A stretch of 64,000 nt of DNA from Octopus vulgaris (Eukaryota). The position numbers were made by a program, and so were the translations under genes. This document shows positions 54,456-64,000 of this stretch, piece by piece. Within the stretch, counting starts at the first letter, position 1. Each line of letters opens with the position of its first letter. The DNA is taken from positions 90,644,001 to 90,708,000 of the forward strand of contig OX597819.1 in assembly GCA_951406725.2 (NCBI GenBank), given 5' to 3'. The notes beneath the pieces are model-generated. The model was not told the origin of the DNA and ran no database searches. It was given only the letters and a program-made list of their open reading frames with translations.

Positions 54456-55228
54456 AGTGTGTATGTTTGTCCCCCAAACATTGCTTGACAACCAATGCTG
54501 GTGTGTTTATGTCCCCGTAAACTAGCAGTTCGGCAAAAGAGACCAATAGATTAAGTACTAGGCTTACAAAGAATAAGTCCTGGGGGTGATTTGCTCAACT
54601 AAAAGGCGGTGCTCCAGCATGGCCACAGTCAAATGATTGAAACAAGTAAAAGAGTAAAGAGAGAGTAAGCTACAGAGACAATAAATATTAAAAACATGAG
54701 CTTTTATTGACAAGCTGACTAAGATCACCTCCATTAAAGTGTAAAAATTTAAATACAAATGTTGACTGTAATCGCAATACTATATTAAACTTAAAATTAG
54801 ATATCAAAATAAAATTGGGTATAATATTTGTCTTTCATTAAGTTATATTCCAATAACCAAATTACAGTACAAATAAGTAGCAAAAAAAAAAGTGAGAGCT
54901 CCTTCACTAAAATCTCTTGTAATTCTTTACTATTATAAAAATTGAAATACAAATGGTGCACACATGTCTATAGTGGCTGTGTGGTAAGAAGCTTGCTTCT
55001 GAACCACATAATTCTGGGTTCAGTTCCACTGCATGGCACCTTGGGCAAGTGTCTTCTACTGAAACCGTATGAGTGGATTTGATAGGCGGAAATTGAAAGA
55101 AGCCCACCATATGTCAGTGCATGCATTATGCATGTATGTATACGTGTGTTTATCTCCTTGTCTTGACATCATAGATGTAAATGAGTGCCACAGTCATAAA
55201 AACTGTGTGGAAGCCTGATGAGTGCATA

Positions 55229-55264
<36 letters not shown>

Positions 55265-55792
55265 ATATATATATCTCACTGGATTGGCCAGACTATTGGC
55301 TGTTGTTACACACTGCTGGTCACAATGTACTTCCTTGCATTATTGTAGCTTTCGAATGATGCCATTCCACTGGTTGGGTAGGTAGGTCAATATTCTCTTT
55401 TCAAAGAATGCCAGTCCATTACAGGGTTACCCATTTGTGGCTGTGTAGACTGGAACAACATAAAAATGTTTTGCACATGAATATAATGCACTGCTAGTCT
55501 AGGAATTGAAACCATAACTGCATGATCGTGATATATATATATATATATGAATGAAAGAATAAATAGAGTCAAAAGTAAGAGGGAGTACGATTCAACAGCT
55601 GTTTAATGATCACTATTTGTTCTTAACAGAATACACCTCAACCAATATATATATATATATGAAAGCTTATCACTTATGTATCAGTGATACAGCAAGTTAA
55701 TCCCACAACTAGAAACCATAACAAATTCCAACAACAAACTTTATTGTAGTTTGGTCAAACACTCCTAATTGTGAAGGACACTTAGTAGTAGT

Positions 55793-55795
55793 AAC

Positions 55796-55830
<35 letters not shown>
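55793..55830. repeat. (TAA)n microsatellite; many (TA)n and (CA)n tracts occur elsewhere, e.g. 45045-45088, 47078-47114, 56664-56732
   Basis: Direct reading of the sequence. Confidence 0.95.
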
Positions 55831-55831
<1 letters not shown>

Positions 55832-56173
55832 TTATTTAATAGTTTACTTAATACCTCTTCTTATCTTCTACAAAACAACTTGACAAGCACAATAGTTAGA
55901 AAACTCTTGAAATGAATTTAGTACACTCTGCTAATATAGGTTTACCATATCTAAGAGTCCTGACCTTCTTTTAAAGTATCACATACACACACACTCACAG
56001 AGGACACCCAGATAGGCATACAAAGGAATCATACATGAATACTCACAAACAATCACAAAGAATGTGTAATTTCTGAATTTCTGTAAAATGCTTTTAACCT
56101 TATCATTGAAGTTAATAAACAAAACGTTATATATATATATATATATATATATTTATCATCATTGTTTAATGAT

Positions 56174-56232
<59 letters not shown>

Positions 56233-56319
56233 TTTATCATCATTGTTTAATGTCCATTTTCCATGCTAGCACGGGTTGGACGGTTTGACCGGGGTCTGGG
56301 AAGCCAAGAGGCTGCACCA

Positions 56320-56659
56320 GAAGGTGCATGGCTCAGTGGTTAGAGCGTTGAGCTTACGATTATGAAGTTGTGAGTTTGACTCCTGGACCGGGCTGCATGT
56401 TGTGTTCTTGAGCAAGACACTTTATTTCACGTTGCTCCAGTTCACTCAGCTGTAGAAATGAGTCTCGACTGTAGAAATGAGGTACCAAGCTGTATCGGCC
56501 TTTGCCTTTCCTTTGGATAAACATCGGTGGTGTGGAGAGGGGAGGCTGGTATGCATGGGCAAACTACTGGTCTCCCATAAACAACCTTGCCCGGACTTGT
56601 ACTCGGGAGGGTAACTTTCTAGGTGCAATCCCATGGTCAGTCATGACTGAAGGGGGTCT
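56320..56659 (+). mobile_element. tRNA-derived SINE family B
   Basis: A-box TGGCTCAGTGG, B-box-like GAGTTTGACTCC and core GTGTTCTTGAGCAAGACAC. An inverted copy lies at 60738-61050, with partial ones near 30435, 35040 and 37740. Confidence 0.8.
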
Positions 56660-56661
56660 CA

Positions 56662-56733
<72 letters not shown>

Positions 56734-56766
56734 TAATCAAAATAAAAACATGATTCTAAGGATTTA

Positions 56767-56852
56767 GCGGTACACATGTTTCGGGCCTTTATTAGACGGT
56801 TTTATAACAATGCATAATTGATATAAATGTGTCTTTGGCCTTCTTCAGCCGC
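56767..56852 (-). ncRNA. Minimal type I hammerhead ribozyme candidate (Penelope-like-element type)
   Basis: Minus strand reads GCGG-CUGAAGA-A GGCC...GGCC C-GAAA-CAUGUG-UA-CCGC. Stem I is GCGG/CCGC, the core is intact, stem III is short and contains palindromic ACAUGU, and the cleavage triplet is GUA. There is an A-C mismatch at the base of stem II. Confidence 0.7.
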
Positions 56853-57257
56853 GTACAATTACTACTTCAAGGACATATATTACATTATAAGTTTTACGTT
56901 GGGGATGCAAATATATACACACACACATATATATTATATATGTCTGGTTACAAAAATGCTCTTAAACAATCTGCTCTTTTTCCTTCCAAGTCACCTGCAC
57001 ACTTTTTGTGTGAACAGTCTCAACTGCTACCTTTACACTCACCCTATCCAAACGTTTTACAATACAAAATCCTTAACTGCCAGCCTTTATCTGCATCGGA
57101 GAAATGATAATGTGGCACCAGTGAATTGTAATGCACTGTCACTCATAATGGAAATTGCAACAGAAAACAAGAACTGGTAATTCTGAGTTATCAATAAGAA
57201 TGGATAAGGTTAGGAGAGTAGATTTTTGGAGGGTTTAGCAGGACCTGCAACTTTATA

Positions 57258-58577
57258 CACAAGGTGCTGAAAAGTTCTTGGCTTTAAGAATGTTGCGAAA
57301 AGCATAGTTAGGCGTCCAACCTTCTAAGTTCTTTTACAGGGCTTAGAGAAACTGAGGGACTGCTGCAATAAGTGTGTAAATCTGAGAGGAGAATATGTTG
57401 AATAAAATCATAATTAACTGATCCTCCTGTATTTTCTTTTACACAAAGCCAGAAACTTTTCAACACCTGGCTTCAAGGGTATCATGAAAGGCCTGGCTGG
57501 AGGCCTAAACTTCCAAGTTCTTTTACAAGGCTTAGAGAAAATGAAGGCCTGCTGCAAAAAGTGTGTAAATCTGAGAGAATGTCATCATCATCATTTAACA
57601 TCTGCTTTCTATGCTGGCATGGACTGGACGGTTTTACTGAGGACTGGTAAGCCAGAAGGCTGCACCAGACTTCAGTCTGATCTGGCAAAGTTTCTACAGT
57701 TGGATGCTCTTCCTAATGCCAACTACTCCGAGAGTGTAGTGAGTACTTATTACGTGCACTGGCATGAGGGCCAGTCAGGCAGTACTGGCATTGACCATGC
57801 TTGAATGGGTTTTTTTACGTACCACTGGCATGGGAGCCAGTCAGGCAGCACTGGCATTGACCACACTCGAATGGTGCTTTTTACATGCCACAGGTACAGG
57901 TGCCAATCAGGTAGTACTGTCATTGGCCATGACAATGACTTCACTTGAATTAACAAGTCTTCGCAAGCGCAGTTTATTGCCCAATGATTGAAGGGTACAC
58001 TTAAATGGGCCAGTTATGCTGCACTGGCATAGGCCACAGTCATGGTCTCACTTGGCTTGCCGGGTCTTCTCAAGCACAGCATATCTCCAAAGGTCTTAGT
58101 CACTTGTCATCGTTTCCATAAGGACCAACGTTTGAAGGTTGTACTTCACCACCTCATCTCAGGTCTTCCTGGGTCTACCTCTTCCACAGGTTCCCTCTAC
58201 TGCTAGGGTATGACACTTTTTCACACAGCTGTCCTCATCCATACATAATACATGACCATACCAGTGCAGTCATCTCTCTTGCACACCATATCTGATGCTG
58301 CTTATGTCCAGTTGAATAAAATCATAATTAACTGATCTTCCTGTATTTTCTTTTATGCAAAACCAAGAACTTTTCAGCACCTGGCTTGAAGGGTATCATG
58401 AAAGGCTTGGTTGGAGGCCTAATCTTCCAAGTTCATTTACAGGCCTTAGAGAAAATAAAGGACTGCTGCAATAAGTGTGTGAATCTGAGAGAGGAATATG
58501 TTGAATAAAATCATAATCAACAGATCTTCCAATATTATCTTTTACCCAAAGCCAGGAACTTTTCAGTACCCTCTCAT
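57258..58577. mobile_element. Mariner-type MITE in three ~200-bp tandem units, the second split by an RTE insertion (57582-58311)
   Basis: Outer TIRs are GTGCTGAAAAGTTCTTGGCTTT / AAAGCCAGGAACTTTTCAGTAC. The unit ...TGCAATAAGTGTGT.AATCTGAG...GTTGAATAAAATCATAAT repeats three times. Confidence 0.8.
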
Positions 58578-59107
58578 ATTTATATATTATGCAGGTAAGG
58601 ATCAAATGAAATCTCAAGAATATCATTCATATGATGAGATTTTGACCATGAGTTTTCATATAAGCATGAATACTTCTGTACAGATAACCTCAGACCAGTT
58701 GTCGTCATTGTAAGGTGGTTAAGGAGATTGCTTTGCAAGTGCATGGTTTTGGATTCAGTCCCACACTGGCCAAATGTCTTCTACTACTGCCTTGTGAATG
58801 AATTTGGTAGACAGAAACTGTGTGGAAGTCTGTCATATATGTATATGTTTGTGTGTGACTGTATTTGGCTCCACCCCACCACTTGACAACTAGTATTGGT
58901 TTGTTTACAGCCCTGTAACTTTGTAGAGACTAAGGACCAGACTTAAAAGATAAGTACTGGGGTTGGTCTGTTCAAATAAACCCCTTCAAGGTGCTACCCC
59001 AGTATGGCCACTGTCCAATGACTGAAACAAGTAAAATATAAAGCTACATAAACTCTTAAGGCAAACAAAAAAAAAATGTACAAATGGATGGAATAAAAAT
59101 AACTTAC

Positions 59108-59197
59108 CTTTAAATGAGATCTCATACAAAATTTACAAACTTTGAATTTTATGGGATTTTTTATATGATTTGATATTGGAATAAATCCTGATTTAGG
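59108..59197 (-). CDS. IPPK: IPPK exon
   Basis: tttcag|...|gtaagt. PKSGFIPISNHIKNPIKFKVCKFCMRSHLK has the CxxCM motif. Confidence 0.95.
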
Positions 59198-59434
59198 CTG
59201 AAATAAAATTAAATTGAGTTTAGAGATATTAAGCAATTATCAAGATGATAGTTTCTTTAATAGAATTTATAGTTTTTCTAGAAGGAAACAAAATCTTAAG
59301 AATTATGTGGAACATATAGCATGATCTTCTTTTGTTGTTGCTCTAGGTCAATTTATTCCAGCTGTGACCATCACATTCTTTTATGGGTATGTAGGACTAT
59401 ATTATATAATTTGACAAGTCCTTTCCTTGTTTAA

Positions 59435-59656
59435 CCCTTTCCTTACTGTATTTATTTTGAGATGCTCTGTGTTTCTTTCAATTACTTTAAGTATAACAAA
59501 AGAATTTAGTAAAATAACTTAGTTATCTTTCAGTTAGTGTTAAGAACATAAATTGTAAATAAGGTTTGGTGGAAGATTTTAATTCAGAACTTTCAAAAAC
59601 AAGACCTTTGTACTACAGAGCCAGAGCTGGTTTCAGCCAGGTTGGTAACGAAAGGG
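59435..59656. mobile_element. piggyBac-type MITE
   Basis: TTAA|CCCTTTCCTTAC...GTAACGAAAGGG|TTAA. Confidence 0.8.
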
Positions 59657-60299
59657 TTAAGACAGTAGGGTATGGTTTGAGGGAAAGTTCGCCGCTACTT
59701 TGACAATTTCAACACATAGTGTAATATAAAGGAGATTGAAGGTCAAATGACTGCAACTAGGTTTAAAGAGAAACGGGAGAAAGAAAGAAAGAAAATAGAC
59801 AAGAATGAGAAGGAAAGAAAATAAGATTTGGATTCTGACTTTCTGGGTAGGGTACTTATTTTATGAATTTGATTGGTTCTAAAGTAAATTTGCAGAAAAT
59901 ATATAACTTTTAATCCTATTCATTTTGAGTGATTAGTATCTTTTGTGACACTCAAATGCAGCCCAAAAGTAACTAAGTCATAAGCAAAATTAACATTAAC
60001 ATCATCAACAAGTAATTTTTGTATTCATTAATCCTTTCAGGGTCGGCATAGTTTTTGCAAATGTGGGCAAGTTTGGATTGTTGGGTCGACCACTCAATTA
60101 TGGAATAGGTGTAGAATCTGGAAGACTGAAACAAACTGAATTAATGTGTTCTGTCAAAGAGCATAGTTAAGACATAAATTTATGCTCAATGCTGCTTAAC
60201 ACTGGAGAGAGGATAAGGTTTAATGTTATATACTTGTGTGAATATAACAAACGCAGTAAACATTATGAGTGAAGTAATGATAAAAGCAAGAGTACTAAC

Positions 60300-60442
60300 C
60301 TTAATTTCAATACTAATAGTAGCAGGGTATGGCACATTGGATTGCATGGAAGAAATACAGTTTGGTTGGAAAACATAACAGAAGTCTGGTAACACTAAAG
60401 CAGCTCGAGCAGCAAAATCTATGTCTTTACCTTTACGGTGAG
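60300..60442 (-). CDS. IPPK: IPPK exon (most 5' one seen; EIK|PK motif split by intron)
   Basis: tttcag|...|gttagt. HRKGKDIDFAARAALVLPDFCYVFQPNCISSMQSNVPYPATISIEIK. Confidence 0.93.
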
Positions 60443-60683
60443 CTGAAATGAGAAATTTTTGAAAATGACAGTGTTATTATTACTTAGCAATAACTTGGCA
60501 CAAACATAAGAGCTTTGTTCTAAATTTCCACTGAGGACAACTCCACCTTTCATCCAGAGTCAATGAAATAAAGTACCAGTCAAGAACTAGGGTTTGTTTC
60601 AATAAACAATCTCCTGGTTTTCTGCTTATGTAAGAAGTTGTTTTTGGCAGAATCAGTAACACATTCTCTCTCTCTCTCTCTCC

Positions 60684-60728
<45 letters not shown>

Positions 60729-60737
60729 TATATAAAA

Positions 60738-61050
60738 AGACCCCCATTGGTCATGAATGACAATGGGATTGCACTTAGAAAGTTAACTTCTGAGGCACAA
60801 GTTTAGACAAGGTTGCTTGTGGCAGAGCAGCAGTCACCCATGCATACTAACCTCCCCTCTCTATGCCACCCAAATTATCCAAGGGAAAGGCAAAGGCTAA
60901 TACAGCTTGGCACCAGTGACATCGCAACTTATTTCTACAGCTGAGTGAACTGGAGCAACGTGAAATAAAGTGTCTTGCTCAAGAACACAACACACAGCCC
61001 AGTCTGGGAATTGAACTCCCGACCACATGATTGTGAGCCTGACTCTCTAA
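60738..61050 (-). mobile_element. SINE family B, inverted copy
   Basis: Reverse complement of 56320-56659. Confidence 0.8.
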
Positions 61051-61094
61051 CCACTGAGCCATGCACCTTCACCCCCACCAGTAACTGGTATATA

Positions 61095-61342
61095 CAGTGG
61101 CGGCCAAAATGTTCAGAACGGCATTGTTTTCGTCAGAAAAGTAGGTATAAGTTTTTATCAAAGTTGTTTTATATTCTATAATTTTCACAGACAATAAATA
61201 CGATATTATTTGTTATTGCCTGACATTTTGGTGTAATTTGAGTGGATAATAAAAAAGTTATGGATGATTTAGTGATTTACTTATACTTATACTTACTTTT
61301 CTGACGAAAACAATGCCGTTCTGAACATTTTGGCCGCCACTG
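61095..61342. mobile_element. Tc1/mariner-type MITE with ~58-bp TIRs and TA target
   Basis: TA|CAGTGGCGGCCAAAATGTTCAGAACGGCATTGTTTTCGTCAGAAAAGTA... and a near-perfect reverse complement ending ...CACTG|TA. Confidence 0.92.
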
Positions 61343-61383
<41 letters not shown>

Positions 61384-62099
61384 ATGTATATGGTATATAT
61401 ATATGAAATTTAAAACAATTTGATTTGGTTCCATACAACTTAAAGTTTTATGGGCCTCTAACCGAAGCCCGTCTTTTTCAGGTTTCTGTTAGAAGCGAGC
61501 AAATTTTATGTCCCATGGAGCTGAATCAAACTGTTTTAAATAATACACATAACTCCTACTAAATGTGTTGAATGCCTTTTTCTTTTGTTTGTCCATTCAC
61601 TTATGCATACATACACACAAAAATAAACTGGTGCCACACCTAACCATACATTTGTAGTTAGAATATACTACAAAAAACACCAGAATATAAATATAAAAAA
61701 AAAACATGAACTTGCCAATCACAGGATATAATCAATATAATATAAATTCCAGTGTAAAAATGCTAGTTGTAGACTTCCTGATTCAAGTTATTACATCAGG
61801 CGCACTAACTCTGACACCTTGTCAGCTGACTACATTTACAATAAGGAGCCATTATAAGTACAGGGTCGAATCAAAAGTTTTTTCTGGATTTTCATAACTT
61901 GTATCACCATGTTATATCATTAATTTGATACAAGTTGTCCAGTTCTTGCTGAACTGTTTATTCTTTATTTTACAACTTTGATAATGAGTGGTGAAACAAA
62001 TTGCATTTAGAGCCATTTTACATTACCAGTAGGAAAAAAAAAAGGACTAAGTGCAAGGGCAGTGTCAAAAGAAGTTAATGATGTGGAAGGTCCAGGAAC

Positions 62100-62732
62100 T
62101 GTCAGTGTTGCCAACAAAGCACGCGGAATTCTGTTCTTGATTCGACGGTCATTCGGAATGCTCATAGCAGCCATATTCCTACCGCTCTATGTCATGCTGG
62201 TGAGACCCATATTGGAGTATGGGATTCAAGCCTCTTCTCCTTATCTCCTCAAAGACATACAGCATCTCGAAAGAGTCCAGAAGCTGGCTACCCGCATGGT
62301 TCATGGTCTCAAGAATTTGTCTTATGAAGAAAGGCTGAAGATGCTCGACCTTTATTCTCTAGAAAAATGCCGCCGCCGTGGTGATCTCATTCTTGCTCAC
62401 AACATCATAAGTGGAAAGTGTAACCTCTCGAAAGAGCTATTCTTCACTCCTGCTCCAGAGCGTCGGCTGCGGGGTAATTCCGAAAAGCTCTATCTGCGAC
62501 GATTTCATCTCAATCAAAGGAGAGGGACTTTCTCCGTCTGGGTTGCGGATCCGTGGAACAAGCTGCCAGACGAGATGGTGAAGATGCCAACGACCGCTTT
62601 GTTCAAAGTCTCCCTTGACCTCAAGTGGCCTGAACTCTTTACATGAACACCACACTGTACATAACTCAATGTCCCCCTACATGGCCTTGCTTTTTGCTTT
62701 TTGAGCCAAAAAATTAACTAACTAACTAACTA
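62100..62732 (+). mobile_element. CR1-clade LINE, 5'-truncated, with open RT C-terminus and (TAAC)n tail
   Basis: ORF 62062-62646 has LYVMLVRPILEYG...LERVQKLATRM...LSYEERL...RRRGDLI...WNKLP. The tail is TAACTAACTAACTAAC. Confidence 0.92.
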
Positions 62733-62759
62733 GCTTAGATGTTTCAAGCAAGGTGACAT

Positions 62760-63662
62760 CAGCCTCAAAAACAACAAAAGGTCTCCCCAAAGTCTGGGAG
62801 ACTGTCTGTTGTGGAAGATGAAGCCTTGCTTGAAATCAGCAGAACTTGGTCCTTCAAAAAGCATCATCAGTTGACACCTCCATAAGCTCAGCCTTGAGAA
62901 CAGATGATGTTTAAAAGCTCCTCATAAATGACCAATCACCAGGCTCAACAATGTGTGGGAATTTGCAAACAACTGCTGATAAATCCGTGAGATGCTTGTT
63001 TTTGATACTGAATTGTAACTGGGAATTATATATAAAAAAAAATAATCTATTTTTGTAATGCTAATACGACAAATCAGTGGCTTCATTCTAGCTGGGCTTC
63101 AGAAGCTGTTGTCAAACAAGGGCAGTTTGAACAGATCATGTTGAGTGTTTGGTGGAATTTTGAGGGGGGTGTTGCAATTTGAGCTTGTCCCAGATGGTCA
63201 TGCTGTTAACTCTTGCCTTTATGCTCCACAGCTGCAGTGAATATATGATGCTTTGAAAGCCTGTTACCCAGCATTAGCCAATTGAAGACACACAATGTCC
63301 CAGCACACACTGCTAATGCTCGACCAAGTGCAAACTTGAGGGGTTAGAAGTGCTCCCTCACCTTGCCTACAGTCCAGACCTTGCACCATCAGATTACCAA
63401 CTTTTCTGAGACATGGCTCATTTCATGTACAGATGGAGGTTCAATAATGTGGATGCAGTGGAAAACAGGCAAAAGGAGTTTTTTGCCTCTAAACCAGCCG
63501 AATGTTATAAACATAGAGTTGTGCTTCTGGCACAACAATAGCAACAAACAATAGAACATGATGGGATATATTTTGATGAATAAATGCTTTTCATATGTAA
63601 TTTGTTTGAAGTATTAATTAAAGCTTGCAAAATGAAAAAAAACTTGTGACTCAATCTGGTAA
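62760..63662 (+). mobile_element. Decayed mariner (DD34D) transposon
   Basis: MLSVWWNFEG and LPHLAYSPDLAPSDYQLF (YSPDLAP mariner motif). Frameshifted. Confidence 0.8.
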
Positions 63663-64000
63663 ATACAATGTATTGCTATAAATGTATTTGAATGGTCTGC
63701 TATAAATGTATTCGAAAAGAATTTCATGTCTTATATCAATCATTTAACGTCCACTTTCCATATTGGTATGGGTTAGACAGTTTGACTGGAACTGGTAAGC
63801 CTTCTGATCGGGCATGGTTTCTACAGCTGGGTGCCCTTCCTAATGCCAACCACCAGTACACCAGTACGGGTGCCATTTGCATGACACCAGCCATGACTAT
63901 AACTACACTTGGTTATATGAAAGATAATTTTTCAAATGAAATCCAAATAGTGTTTTATTAAGCCAAACATGCTTTCATTAAGAATAATTCTGAGCCTTTT

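Noticed and set aside
42697-54758. Many 60-160-aa ORFs with YIYI/THTH/CVCV runs
   Set aside because: These are translations of SINEs and microsatellites, not genes.
56320-56395. tRNA gene
   Set aside because: The A/B boxes run into a SINE body and there is no complete cloverleaf.
61301-61310. CTGACGA-AAA hammerhead-like word
   Set aside because: It is part of a Tc1/mariner MITE TIR, with no stem II or III.

Overview
AT-rich, repeat-dense animal genomic DNA. The SINE and RTE-LINE families resemble those of octopus (coleoid cephalopod), which is an inference. Two spliced genes converge tail-to-tail, and both lack their 5' exons in this window. (1) OTUD5/DUBA deubiquitinase on +: 7 exons from 9107 to the stop at 24308, with an OTU His loop, a 27-Gln tract and a C-terminal UIM. 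(2) IPPK/IPK1 inositol-pentakisphosphate 2-kinase on -: 10 exons from 60442 to the stop at 30111, with EIKPK, QNN, KDCS and DLDPK motifs. All introns are GT-AG and their phases join without frameshift. Introns contain decayed or nested transposons: Helitron, maT/DD37D, piggyBac, Chapaev3-like, Tc1, mariner, CR1, RTE, tRNA-SINEs and MITEs. The most unusual signals are minimal type I hammerhead-ribozyme folds of the Penelope-like-element kind, including an apparent G3-C8 core-swap variant present once per strand in a ~285-bp fold-back, and a spacer-less 256-bp palindrome. All reading was done by eye, with no database searches.
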